Source of the DNA: an uncultured Gammaproteobacteria bacterium
Lineage (GTDB): Bacteria; Pseudomonadota; Gammaproteobacteria; UBA9214
Length of the DNA: 64,000 bases
Assembly: GCA_963748215.1 (NCBI GenBank)
Contig: CAVVHS010000009.1
Span: 128,001-192,000 of the forward strand
Direction of reading: 5' to 3'
Position numbers and translations under genes: made by a program. This document shows positions 30,097 to 39,788 of this stretch, in pieces. Position 1 is the first letter of the stretch. Each line of letters starts with the position of its first letter. The notes below the pieces were generated by a model, which made no database searches, was not told the origin of the DNA, and saw only the letters and a program-made list of their open reading frames with translations.

Positions 30097-30695
30097 TGCA
30101 GTTCATCCTGCGCGCTGTAACTGAGTCTGAAATCGATTTCCGCCTGGTCGGGTTGCGGCCGCGTCATGCTGACGGTGCCGTTGTTCAGCATGGCGAGCCG
30201 TGGCTGCTGCGTCATCAGCTGCAGGTAGCGGGGCACCAGCTTCGGGTCCAGTGTGGTGCCGCGTATTTCGGTATTGCCATTCTGGTCCAGCTCGACAGCC
30301 GTGAGCCACAGCCCCGGCACATCCTGCCGCGCCAGCGTTTCGAATATCTCGCCAAAACCACCCGCAGTATCAATGGCGAGCCGGTCGATGCGCTCCAGCA
30401 GCGCCGTGCGCTCGCTGATCTGTTCCTGCAGCGTGGCAATGCCGTTGCCGGCGGCTGCGATTGCAGCGGATCCACTGTCAGCTTCCAGCGCAACCAGCCT
30501 GGCATCGAGCTGCCGGTAGTTCCCGGTCAGGTCCGCAGAGGTGCGCTGCAGGCCGTGCAGCGTCCAGCGCGCATGCAGGTGGACGCCCAGCAGCAGGACG
30601 GTTGCCATGACCAGGATCATCAGCAGCGTGGCTGCCGAAAAAATCTTGCGCTGCCGCCGGAAGACGGGCTGGTACATGTTGATCTGCTGGTACAT
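30093..30695 (-). CDS. PilN-like MSHA biogenesis protein (MshI C-terminal type)
   Basis: MYQQIN.Y; TM helix; LARQ...GLWLT; VP.YL. Confidence 0.82.
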   Translation of the reverse strand: MYQQINMYQPVFRRQRKIFSAATLLMILVMATVLLLGVHLHARWTLHGLQRTSADLTGNYRQLDARLVALEADSGSAAIAAAGNGIATLQEQISERTALLERIDRLAIDTAGGFGEIFETLARQDVPGLWLTAVELDQNGNTEIRGTTLDPKLVPRYLQLMTQQPRLAMLNNGTVSMTRPQPDQAEIDFRLSYSAQDELH

Positions 30696-30834
30696 GGCTT
30701 GCCTGTCTTGCAGTACGCCTCCGTGTCTCGTTATGCCGATCCGTGTCGTCCCACGGCCTGCGTCCGCGCGGTAGTGCAGTCAGGCGCCGGACGTCTCGAT
30801 CGGGCGGGTGGTAATGCATCCCTGCCTATCAACA

Positions 30835-30850
30835 AGCAAATACCTTGCCA
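30835..30850 (-). promoter_or_regulatory. Sigma-54 promoter for the msh operon
   Basis: Minus strand TGGCAAG-GTAT-TTGCT, with an AT-rich tract upstream. Confidence 0.65.
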
Positions 30851-31019
30851 GAATAATATCTGTATGAAATACAAGGAAATATAATTATGCAGCGACGGCG
30901 TGACCGGCAATTGACGTTATTCCGGCCAGATTATCGACAGAATTATGACGCAGGGATGCCGGCCCGGGCCGTGCGCTTGCCAGGGCGCGGCCACACCACG
31001 GGGCGAGCGGAAGGCGGGG

Positions 31020-31436
31020 TCAGCGTCGGCTGCGACGCGACAGGGAGTAGCCGGTCATGTCCGCGGTGAGTTGTTCGCAGGGTATGGCCTGCAGGGTGTC
31101 GAAACGCTTCACGGCGGCGGTCACCAGGGCATCGATATCCTCGATCCGGCCGGCTTCTGCCGGGGTTGCCTGCGTGATCCGTTGCAGGCCGAGCAGGCCG
31201 CCGAACTGAATCTTGACCAGGACACTGTGCGGAATCTGCGTCAGGTCGTCCTCGACGTCGAAGGCCGTGAGGCCGGCATCTTTCATCTGTCCGAACAGCT
31301 GCAGACAGCGGGCATGGGACGCCGGGTCCCGGCAAGTAAATTCAGTGCCCCCGCGCCGGATGACGCGCTCGGCGCGGATGCAGCCAAAGGTCTCCCTGGC
31401 CAGGGTTGCGCTGAAAGGGCATATCAGGTCCTGCAT
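31020..31436 (-). CDS. Cys-containing hypothetical protein
   Basis: ORF with AGGA RBS; several spaced Cys (CPF..C..C..C). Confidence 0.7.
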   Translation of the reverse strand: MQDLICPFSATLARETFGCIRAERVIRRGGTEFTCRDPASHARCLQLFGQMKDAGLTAFDVEDDLTQIPHSVLVKIQFGGLLGLQRITQATPAEAGRIEDIDALVTAAVKRFDTLQAIPCEQLTADMTGYSLSRRSRR

Positions 31437-31575
31437 GGTGAGAGTCCTGCTGGCTGTGAAAAGCGGATAAGTGCAATTAATAAACTGCCAATCAGTCGTT
31501 TGCAAGCATGTGATTGATGTTGCGTGGCTGATGGGTGATGATGAAAATATCATATTCCGAATTCAATCATGCATC

Positions 31576-31926
31576 ATGGAAAACAAACCGGTCATCAGTA
31601 CAGCAATCCCGAAGCGACGCTACCGGCTCGGCGAATTCACGCTGACCGTGCTCGGAGACATTGAAAGCAGCGACGGTATCGACTATCAGTATATTATGGC
31701 GGTGATACAGGGCCAGGATCGGGAGCCGGGTATGTATATCACTGCCGAGCGTCCGGACAGCCCGGGTTCCAGAGATCTGTCGATGAGGCTGGTGATGCGT
31801 GACGGGGCCGAGGTCATCGGAAATTCGGATCAGTGGGTCAGCCTGGACATGTTTACCGGGGAGGCAATCGACATTGTCTCGAGGGTTCTGAGCCTTTCGG
31901 ACGAAACGCCATACCAGCTCCTGTAA
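31576..31926 (+). CDS. Hypothetical protein
   Basis: ORF MENKPVISTAIPKRRY..., divergent from the previous gene. Confidence 0.7.
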   Translation: MENKPVISTAIPKRRYRLGEFTLTVLGDIESSDGIDYQYIMAVIQGQDREPGMYITAERPDSPGSRDLSMRLVMRDGAEVIGNSDQWVSLDMFTGEAIDIVSRVLSLSDETPYQLL

Positions 31927-31950
31927 CACCAACAACAAGAGGAGAGTGCC

Positions 31951-32226
31951 ATGTCACACAGGATCGCAACACGGGTGGTACCCGCTATCATTCTGCTCAC
32001 GCTGCTGGGTACGGGCGCGGCGCAGGCATTCTGTTTTCTCAAGGGAAACGATCGGCGCGCGGATTTCAACAACAGCCGCATGCCGGCCATCGGTTTTTCA
32101 CCGGCAGTGTTCCAGGGTTATCCATACAGTCCGGTGCAGCCCGCCTGGTACGGCAATCCGGCCGCGCTGCCGCAGCAGCACTACTACGATAACCGTTACG
32201 GTACCGGAACGGGATTGCAGCACTAG
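31951..32226 (+). CDS. Small secreted Pro/Tyr/Gly-rich protein
   Basis: GAGGAG RBS; signal peptide ending AQA; low-complexity tail. Confidence 0.65.
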   Translation: MSHRIATRVVPAIILLTLLGTGAAQAFCFLKGNDRRADFNNSRMPAIGFSPAVFQGYPYSPVQPAWYGNPAALPQQHYYDNRYGTGTGLQH

Positions 32227-32232
32227 CAGGGT

Positions 32233-34380
32233 CTATTTGACGAGATTGATGGCGCCGGGGATGGTCTCTGCGCGCAGCATTTCGAGTATCGCCGCGGCCT
32301 CGACCGGCTTGCTGAACAGGTAGCCCTGGACGACGCGGCAACCCTGCTGCTTGAAGAAATTCAGCTGTCGCACGGTCTCGATGCCCTCGACGACGAGGGA
32401 CATGTTCAGGCTCTCGGCCATGGCAATGATAGCCTGTGCAATGAGCACATCCTCCATGTTGTCCGGGATCTCGCAGACGAACGACTGGTCGATCTTGACG
32501 GTATCGATAGGCAGGCGGCGCAGGTAACTGAGCGAGGAATAACCTGTTCCGAAATCGTCCATTGCGATGGTGACGCCCATCTTCTTGAACTTCTCCAGCG
32601 TGGCCGCGGCAGCATCCATGTTCTTCATGGCCACGTTTTCGGTCACCTCCAGCTCCGCCAGTGCCGGGTTGATTCCGGATTCGACCAGCGCACTCTCCAG
32701 GACATTTTCGAAGCCGGTCCGGGCCAGCTGCACGGACGACAGATTCACGGACATGGTCAGCTCCGTGAAGCCGGCATCATGCCATGCCTTGAGCTGCCTG
32801 AATGCCGTGTGCAGCACCCACTCGCCGATCGGCATGATCATCCCTGATTCCTCGGCAATCGGGATGAACTCCTTTGGGCTGATATAACCCATGCCTGGGC
32901 GATGCCATCGCAGCAGGGCTTCCACGCCGACGATGGTATTGCGGATAATGTCGATCTTGGGCTGGTAGAAGATCTGCAACTCATTGCGCTCCAGCGCCTT
33001 GCGCAGGTTTGTTTCCAGCGCCAGCTGCTTGCGTGAGCCGGCATTCAGTTCCGCCGTGTAGTACACCGCCTTGTTGCGCCCCAGTTCCTTGGCGCGGTAC
33101 ATACTGATATCCGCGTTCTTGATCAGGGTCTCCGAATCGGTCCCGTCGAACGGGTAGATGCTGATGCCGGCGCTGGTGGTGATCTGCAGGTCGTGCCCGT
33201 TGCAGGACATCGGTTCGGTCAGCGACTCGATGATCTTGTTGCCGATGCGGCCGGCATCCGACGCACTGGCGATGCGTGGTAGCAGTACCATGAACTCATC
33301 ACCGCCGAGTCGCGCTACCGTGTCGCCTTCGCGGACACAGTCCTTGATGCGACGCGATATGATGCGCAACAGCTGGTCGCCGGTGGCATGGCCCAGTGAA
33401 TCGTTGATGACCTTGAAGCGGTCCAGGTCAAGGAACAGCAGCGCCAGGATCGACTGTTCACGTCGCGCATGCGCCAGTTCGGTCTTGATGCGGTCATTGA
33501 GCAGTACGCGGTTTGGCAGACCGGTCAGCGAGTCGTGATGGGCATGGAACTGCATGCGCTTGGCGACCGACTCTGCGTGTTCCTTGGAAGTGGCCAGCTC
33601 AAGGTTGGCGCGTTCCAGCTCACGGGTGCGCTGGGTAACGCGCGCTTCCAGTTCCTCCTGATGGATCTTGAGCTTCTCGTCGCGCGCCTGGATCTCGTCG
33701 AGCATGGTATTGAAGTCGAGGACCAGAGTGCCCAGTTCGTCCCTGCTTTGTCCGCCGGCACGCAGGGAGTAATTCTTTTCCGTGCTGATGCGGCGCGCGA
33801 TAGTGGACAGTCTGAACAAGGGTGCGGTGATGATGTGCTGCATCTGTGCGCTTAGTGAATAGGCGACAAGCAGCGATACGAGCAGCACGGCCGCTATGAT
33901 GCCCAGGAACCAGACCAGGCGATCATGAATAGCGCGCATATCCGAGCGCAGGTAGATTACGCCGATTTTCTCGCCCTGATAGATGATGTCGGTGAACAGT
34001 TCCACGTAGTTGCTGCGGAACAGCATGTCCTCTGTGCGTGATTGCAGTTCCGGTAACTGTGTCTTGATACCGGGCTTTTTATACTGGGCGAAGATTTCGT
34101 TATCCACGTCATAGATCACGCCGGCCTCGATGTTTTCCTGCATTTCGAGAAAGCCGAGTGTTTCCGCTGCGGCGACGGGGTCACCGAACAGGATGGCCGC
34201 CGCGCTGTTGGCAGCGATCATGTCGGCCATGATGCCGAGGCTGTCACCGACGTTTTTCTGCGAATAGAGCCGGTCGCTGGTGAGGAAGGCGAAGCTGGCT
34301 ATCATCAGGGTAATCGTGCTGATGATCATGATGACCAGTGTCAGCTTGTGGCGAATCGATATGTTGTTGATTGCTCGCAT
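32233..34380 (-). CDS. Membrane diguanylate cyclase/phosphodiesterase (YfiN-like periplasmic sensor-HAMP-GGDEF-EAL)
   Basis: Two TMs; HAMP (DELG.L...FN.ML); REGD I-site plus RLGGDEF; EALLRW; DDFGTGYSSL. Confidence 0.93.
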   Translation of the reverse strand: MRAINNISIRHKLTLVIMIISTITLMIASFAFLTSDRLYSQKNVGDSLGIMADMIAANSAAAILFGDPVAAAETLGFLEMQENIEAGVIYDVDNEIFAQYKKPGIKTQLPELQSRTEDMLFRSNYVELFTDIIYQGEKIGVIYLRSDMRAIHDRLVWFLGIIAAVLLVSLLVAYSLSAQMQHIITAPLFRLSTIARRISTEKNYSLRAGGQSRDELGTLVLDFNTMLDEIQARDEKLKIHQEELEARVTQRTRELERANLELATSKEHAESVAKRMQFHAHHDSLTGLPNRVLLNDRIKTELAHARREQSILALLFLDLDRFKVINDSLGHATGDQLLRIISRRIKDCVREGDTVARLGGDEFMVLLPRIASASDAGRIGNKIIESLTEPMSCNGHDLQITTSAGISIYPFDGTDSETLIKNADISMYRAKELGRNKAVYYTAELNAGSRKQLALETNLRKALERNELQIFYQPKIDIIRNTIVGVEALLRWHRPGMGYISPKEFIPIAEESGMIMPIGEWVLHTAFRQLKAWHDAGFTELTMSVNLSSVQLARTGFENVLESALVESGINPALAELEVTENVAMKNMDAAAATLEKFKKMGVTIAMDDFGTGYSSLSYLRRLPIDTVKIDQSFVCEIPDNMEDVLIAQAIIAMAESLNMSLVVEGIETVRQLNFFKQQGCRVVQGYLFSKPVEAAAILEMLRAETIPGAINLVK

Positions 34381-34389
34381 CGCCGTCAC

Positions 34390-34983
34390 CTAGTTCCCGG
34401 ACCTGATGGTCGTGGCCAGCGTCAGGAGCTTGGAGCTGATTGACAGACCGGCGCTGCCGGCGGCTGCGGTATTGATCTCGAAGCGGACCTTGTTGTCGAT
34501 CAGCCGGAAGCCGATCATGCCTCCGCTCAATATGAAATCGTCGATGTCGCTCACCGTGAGCACCGGCCGGTCCCTGAGCGCGGACATGACGGTGCGCAGC
34601 TGATGTGCGTGGGATCTTCCGACGAAGACGAGCTGGCACTGATCGAGCCCTTTCGTACTGTTCAGGTGCATCACTCTGAGCTGCCGTTCATGTACGGTCT
34701 TGTTCAGCAACATGTCCAGCTGTTCGCCGAGGGCATTGCTGCCGAGCACGCAAAGCGTGAACTCGCCAGCCGGCAATTCGGGCCAGGTGATAAACCGGGC
34801 GAAGTTGTAGAGAAATGCCGCTTTTACACGGTGTTCAGTCTGCAGTGATTCATCTGCCGGGCTGGCGACCGGCAGCCATGCCAGCAGCAGGACCAGTGGC
34901 AGCCACAGTCGGAGAGCGGTGCTGCGGGTACGCTTCACGCTATGGACTTGCGGTGGGCTTGTGCTGGGGGGCGAGTGCGGCAT
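34390..34983 (-). CDS. YfiR/DUF4154-family periplasmic protein
   Basis: VKAAFLYNFARFITWP; two Cys; VLTVSD; GGMI; FEIN; LSISSKLL.LA. Confidence 0.9.
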   Translation of the reverse strand: MPHSPPSTSPPQVHSVKRTRSTALRLWLPLVLLLAWLPVASPADESLQTEHRVKAAFLYNFARFITWPELPAGEFTLCVLGSNALGEQLDMLLNKTVHERQLRVMHLNSTKGLDQCQLVFVGRSHAHQLRTVMSALRDRPVLTVSDIDDFILSGGMIGFRLIDNKVRFEINTAAAGSAGLSISSKLLTLATTIRSGN

Positions 34984-34986
34984 GGT

Positions 34987-37095
34987 CTAGAAGTTCCAGG
35001 TTACCTTGCCGTAAATGCTGCGCTCCACTTCCGTTGGCACGGAGAAGATAAAATCCGGATTGAATTCGGGGTGCTTGCTGTCCAGCAGGTTCTGGCCAGC
35101 CAGTGACAGTTCCATGCCCGGCCGCGGACTCCAGCCGATACGGGCATCGAGGGCAAGGTATTGACCGGTCTTCGGCAGTCCTGCCGCGGACAGGTCGAGA
35201 TCGAGTTTGCCGACGTAGCGGAGACCCGCATCCAGCTGGAGGTCATGGCCGAGATCGGCGGCCAGCCAGAGATTGGCCTGGTGCGTCGGTGACGCATCTT
35301 CCGCACTCAGTGACTGCGTATCCATGCTGCCGTTGATCAGGTCAAGGTCGACCTCCAGGCGCGTGTAGTTTGCATGCAGGTCGAGTCCGGGCCTGACCTG
35401 CCAGTGCACGTCAATCTCGATGCCCTGTGTATTGCCTTCCATGTCGTTGCCGAATACCGCTTCAAACGCGGACGGTGGCATCGAGATAATGTCGGCCGTG
35501 CGCAGCCTGTCATAGCGGTTGTAGAACGCCGCCAGGTCAACCGAGACACGATCGGCGAGCGGGAATCGATAGCCCAGCTCCCAGGCGATCAGGTTTTCCG
35601 AGTCGAATGTCCCGGTGCCCAGCACCGTCAGCGGCGGCAGGCCGGGCGGGTTTGGCGGAGGCAGTACTGTCAGGCTCACATCGTGCTCGCCGCGTGCCGG
35701 TGTGCGCACTGCGCGCGACACGGCACCCCACAGCGTGTGGCCGGCATCGGTCAGCCAGGAGAAGCGTACATTCGGCTGTATCTCGAAGCCGCTGAAATCG
35801 TTGTGTTCGAACTTGGAGCCCAGGGTGAGCCGCCCGTGATCCTGAAACAGCCTGATTTCGTCCTGAACGAATGCGGTCAGCAGGCTGACATCCCGACGCG
35901 ACGGCGACAGGCTGAAGATCCGGGTTGCTTCGGCATTGTCGCGGACGAAGCGATAGTTGAGGCCCCACATCATTTCATGATGCGCGCGCGACAGGAAATG
36001 GTGCTGGAAATCGATATCCAGTGTGTGTCGGTTTTCATACAGGGTCTCACTGTCCAGGTGTACGTAGTCGTAGTAGGCCTGTAGTGAAATATCCGAATCC
36101 GGACTGCGTGTTTGCGACCAGCGGTACAGCAGGTTGCCGCCGCTGTAGGCCGCGTTGTCGGTCAGCGGTGCCGGGGATGTGGCTATCAGCAGCTGCTGGT
36201 CGGAGTGGCCATTGTACAAATCACCCTGCAGCGTCTGACCGTTGCCGTGCGCGTTGACCCAATCCATGCGGAAGCCGGTCTGCGCGAATTCGCTGTCATC
36301 GTGTGCGGCCGTTTGCGGCAGCCCGATGTCGATCGGTGCGCCGGTATCGACGGCGCGGAATTTGCCATAGACACGATAGTTCCGGCCGTCCGCGGTGGTG
36401 GCGCCATGGCGCAGGTTGACGAAGCCCTCCTCTTCATTGCCGGCGCCGGCCGCGACCAGTGTGCCCTGCGTGTCGGTCGCCGATCGGGTGATGATGTTGA
36501 TGACGCCGTTGACGGCGTTCGCGCCCCACAGGCTGCCGCCCGGGCCGCGAATCACCTCGATGCGCTCGACATCCTCCAGCATCACCTCGTTGGCATCCCA
36601 GTACACGCCGGTAAACAGCGGCGTGTAGACGCTGCGGCCGTCGATCAGCACCAGCAGCTTGTTGGCGAAGCGGCTGTTGAAGCCGCGCGCGGTAATGGCC
36701 CACTTGTTGGCATCGATGCGGGCAACCTGCAGTCCGGGCACGCGACGCAAGGCATCCGGTATGTTGGTTACGCCCCAGCGGTGCAGGTCCGCCTGCTTGA
36801 TCACGAATACGGCCGCGGCGGCCTCTGATTTCTTCTGCGGTCGCTTCCGGACCGAGGTGATCTCGATATTCATCAGGGCCTCGAGGCTCATGTCGGTGAG
36901 ATCCTCGGGAAGACTGGTGTTGTGGCTGGCGCGTGCGCCCGTACTCACAAACAGGCAGCCTGTCAGGCAAAGAAGCAGCGCGGTGATGAGGGAGCAGGAA
37001 CGGGAGGCGAGCGGGACAGTCCAGGACGGAGCAGGAAACAGAACACGCTTGCAGGCAGCGAGTTGCTGTCGGGCAAAAGTGCTGCAGAATTCCAT
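34987..37095 (-). CDS. TonB-dependent receptor
   Basis: SLEALMNIEITS; ALRRVPG; LLVLIDGRS; IEVIRGPG..LWGANAVNGVINIIT; C-terminal Phe. Confidence 0.93.
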   Translation of the reverse strand: MEFCSTFARQQLAACKRVLFPAPSWTVPLASRSCSLITALLLCLTGCLFVSTGARASHNTSLPEDLTDMSLEALMNIEITSVRKRPQKKSEAAAAVFVIKQADLHRWGVTNIPDALRRVPGLQVARIDANKWAITARGFNSRFANKLLVLIDGRSVYTPLFTGVYWDANEVMLEDVERIEVIRGPGGSLWGANAVNGVINIITRSATDTQGTLVAAGAGNEEEGFVNLRHGATTADGRNYRVYGKFRAVDTGAPIDIGLPQTAAHDDSEFAQTGFRMDWVNAHGNGQTLQGDLYNGHSDQQLLIATSPAPLTDNAAYSGGNLLYRWSQTRSPDSDISLQAYYDYVHLDSETLYENRHTLDIDFQHHFLSRAHHEMMWGLNYRFVRDNAEATRIFSLSPSRRDVSLLTAFVQDEIRLFQDHGRLTLGSKFEHNDFSGFEIQPNVRFSWLTDAGHTLWGAVSRAVRTPARGEHDVSLTVLPPPNPPGLPPLTVLGTGTFDSENLIAWELGYRFPLADRVSVDLAAFYNRYDRLRTADIISMPPSAFEAVFGNDMEGNTQGIEIDVHWQVRPGLDLHANYTRLEVDLDLINGSMDTQSLSAEDASPTHQANLWLAADLGHDLQLDAGLRYVGKLDLDLSAAGLPKTGQYLALDARIGWSPRPGMELSLAGQNLLDSKHPEFNPDFIFSVPTEVERSIYGKVTWNF

Positions 37096-37259
37096 GGGCG
37101 ATGCTCCTTGTTGCATCAATACGTCAAACCAGCAGCGGTCCTCATCTGGTTCTCCATGTTGGCGTTCATTGCCAGGCCGGCTTGCTTAACTTCCTGAAAA
37201 TTAATATTAAAAATTGCGACGCCCGGCCAGTGCCGCCGTCGGTGGCATGCATTCCCGGC

Positions 37260-37286
37260 TTATCGGCAGTGGCGGAATGATCCTTA
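37260..37286 (-). promoter_or_regulatory. Sigma-28 (FliA) promoter for the TBDR-YfiR-GGDEF/EAL operon
   Basis: Minus strand TAAG-N15-GCCGATAA; perfect -10 element and spacing. Confidence 0.8.
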
Positions 37287-37381
37287 AGTATTGATTTTTC
37301 AGCCAAAAAAATGGCGTGCGGGACGCCGGATGGACCGGCGGGGGGCGGCGGGGTGGGGCTCGCCGGGGAGGCGGCGGACGC

Positions 37382-37672
37382 TTACTGCGGGTCTTTCTTT
37401 TTCGTCTCCGGAATCTTCAGCGGTACCACCACGGAGGTCTGCGGTTCATCGACGAAGCGCGGGCGCATGTTGCTGCTGCGTCCGGCCGCCGCGTTCAGCT
37501 CGCCTTCGCGCGCGGAAATCAGCGCGAGACACTGGCGAATGCCGTCCACCGTATTGTCTGACAGGGGATGCCGGTAACCCGGCCTGGTGTAGGTGTCCTT
37601 GGCGACATCGGTCAGGACCCGCTTCATCATGCGCAGAATGCGTTCTTCCTGGGTGAGGTCATGGTCTGTCAT
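37382..37672 (-). CDS. Small hypothetical protein
   Basis: ORF with EERIL..MKRVL..V.KDT...PG..HPLS; function unknown. Confidence 0.75.
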   Translation of the reverse strand: MTDHDLTQEERILRMMKRVLTDVAKDTYTRPGYRHPLSDNTVDGIRQCLALISAREGELNAAAGRSSNMRPRFVDEPQTSVVVPLKIPETKKKDPQ

Positions 37673-37743
37673 GGCAACGTCTACATTTCAGGTGGTCTGA
37701 TACAGCGCGTATTGTGGCACAGATAGGCTGTAGAGGCAGGCGT

Positions 37744-38382
37744 TCATTCCTGCAGATAGATGTATTGCCAGCGGCAGGCGGTCAGCTGGCGCAGCCGCGT
37801 GAGCAGGGCCTCGTCCGGCACGGCCTCGGATGGATGAATGCCGCGCACCTCGACCCAGGTACAGGAAAACGCGGCGGACTTGCGAAACTGCAGGTCGGTG
37901 AGTCGACCGGCATGGCCACAGCGGCTGCAAGTCCACTCGATTATTGCGGGATCTTTCCGCCATGCGGCGAGGTGCCTGTCCCAGTCCCTGTCCGGCTGGC
38001 GGCAGGCCGGGCAGCGCGGTGCGGGGGTGCGCGGATCGGCGCGAAACTGCGGCCGCGCGCTGCTCGACAGGTAGACGTGACAGAAACTGCCGCTGGCGCG
38101 GGCCGGCTCCAGCGCCACGGGATCGACCGGCGGCTCCAGTTCGATGGCCGGAGAGCAGCCGAGAAAGCTGAGCAGCCGCAGAAACTGCGCGCCGGCCGGG
38201 TAGAACACGCCGTCCGGCACCGTGACGGGTGCGGCGATGAAGCCGATGTCCTGCAGGGCGTCCGCCAGTACGGCGGGATCGACAGGCGCGCAGTCCGGGT
38301 CCTGCGGATGCAGCAACAGCTTGTAGGCGGCCACGTATTTGTCCTGTGCCAGACCGGGGAAGGGTAGTGCGCGGCAGTTCAC
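37744..38382 (-). CDS. Hypothetical protein with zinc ribbon
   Basis: FLGCSP; CPAC...CSRC; start uncertain. Confidence 0.7.
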   Translation of the reverse strand: MNCRALPFPGLAQDKYVAAYKLLLHPQDPDCAPVDPAVLADALQDIGFIAAPVTVPDGVFYPAGAQFLRLLSFLGCSPAIELEPPVDPVALEPARASGSFCHVYLSSSARPQFRADPRTPAPRCPACRQPDRDWDRHLAAWRKDPAIIEWTCSRCGHAGRLTDLQFRKSAAFSCTWVEVRGIHPSEAVPDEALLTRLRQLTACRWQYIYLQE

Positions 38383-38564
38383 GCGCGGTGCGGGCTATTC
38401 TACAGGCAGGGTATCTGCCGCATAACCCGCGGCAGAACGCGGGAATCAGTGCATGTCATGCCGCTATACCTGTGTCGTGGCCGCTGCGTATGGCCGGCCT
38501 GTCGTCGTGCTGCGGAATCGATCATACTGTCCGCACACGTACGGACAGAACGCGAGGTGCCGGG

Positions 38565-39272
38565 ATGCCGGAGCACAAACCATTTTCCATCCATGCCCTG
38601 GAACTCGGGCCGATGGAGAATTTCATCTACCTGGTTCATGATCATGCCAGTGGCCGCGCCGCCGTGGTCGATCCTGCCTGGGATGTGCCCGAGGTGCTTG
38701 CACTGGCAAAACGTCACGGTATGCGCATTACCGATATCCTGCTTACCCACAGCCACCACGACCATATCAACGGCATCGCCGGGGTGCTGGAGCACAGCGA
38801 TGCACAGTTGCACCTGATGAAGACCGAAGCGCAGTTCTGGGGCGAAGGCCTGGACCTGCCCACCCTGCATCACGGCGGCGATACCATCGCGCTGGGTGCA
38901 ACCGAAATCCGCGCCTTGCACACCCCGGGTCATACGCCGGGCTCAGCCTGTTACCACGTGGGCAACGAACTGATCACCGGCGACACACTGTTCGTGTTCG
39001 GTTGCGGCCGCTGCGACCTGCGCGGCGGCGACCCGGAACAGATGTACAGTACGCTCAGCAACATGGTCGAACAGTTGCCGGCCGATACTGTCATCCTTCC
39101 CGGGCATAACTACGCCGTGCAAACCACCTCGACCCTGGTCGAGCAGGTGGAGGGCAATCCGTTCCTGCACTTCGATGATGTCGAGCGTTTCATTCACTAC
39201 CGCATGCATTACCACGACGCACACCGCCACGGCCCGTACGGGCCGGTCCGCAAGGGCGAGGAAATGGAATGA
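38565..39272 (+). CDS. Metallo-beta-lactamase-fold hydrolase (glyoxalase II-like)
   Basis: THSHHDH; HTPGHTPG; TGDTLF..GCGR; PGH.Y. Confidence 0.88.
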   Translation: MPEHKPFSIHALELGPMENFIYLVHDHASGRAAVVDPAWDVPEVLALAKRHGMRITDILLTHSHHDHINGIAGVLEHSDAQLHLMKTEAQFWGEGLDLPTLHHGGDTIALGATEIRALHTPGHTPGSACYHVGNELITGDTLFVFGCGRCDLRGGDPEQMYSTLSNMVEQLPADTVILPGHNYAVQTTSTLVEQVEGNPFLHFDDVERFIHYRMHYHDAHRHGPYGPVRKGEEME

Positions 39273-39778
39273 AGGGGCCCGACACGAGACTTCTGTCAAC
39301 CCTGCCCGGCCTGCTGGCGGCAGTCATGTTGTGCATGCTCGTGAGCGCCTGTGCCAGCCTGGGCGGCTACCGGGAAAAACCGCGGGTCTCGCTGGTCAGT
39401 ATCCAGCCGCTGACCATGACCCTGCTGGAACAGCGTTACCAGCTGGCGCTGCGGATTATCAATCCGAACGATGTCGATCTGCCGGTCAGTGGATTGAGCT
39501 ACAGCATTGAGATCAACGATCGTGAATTTGCCTATGGTGTCAGTCGTCAGGCGGTGACAATCCCGTCGCTGGGCGAGGCCGTGGTGGAAGTCGAGGTGGT
39601 CAGCAGCCTGCTGGGAATGCTGCGCCAGTTGCAGGCGCTCGATGACGGTAACAAAAACAGTCTTGACTACCGCATCTCCGGCGGGCTGCGCCTTGCCAAC
39701 CGCAGGGCAAGGTTGCCGTTTGATTCCAGCGGATCGCTGGACTGGAAACCTGCGGCTGACAGGATTTCCGAGAAATAG
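39269..39778 (+). CDS. LEA type 2 (WHy) lipoprotein
   Basis: Lipobox VSAC; L.I.NPN...L. Confidence 0.85.
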   Translation: MKGPDTRLLSTLPGLLAAVMLCMLVSACASLGGYREKPRVSLVSIQPLTMTLLEQRYQLALRIINPNDVDLPVSGLSYSIEINDREFAYGVSRQAVTIPSLGEAVVEVEVVSSLLGMLRQLQALDDGNKNSLDYRISGGLRLANRRARLPFDSSGSLDWKPAADRISEK

Positions 39779-39788
39779 CGCGGCGGGC

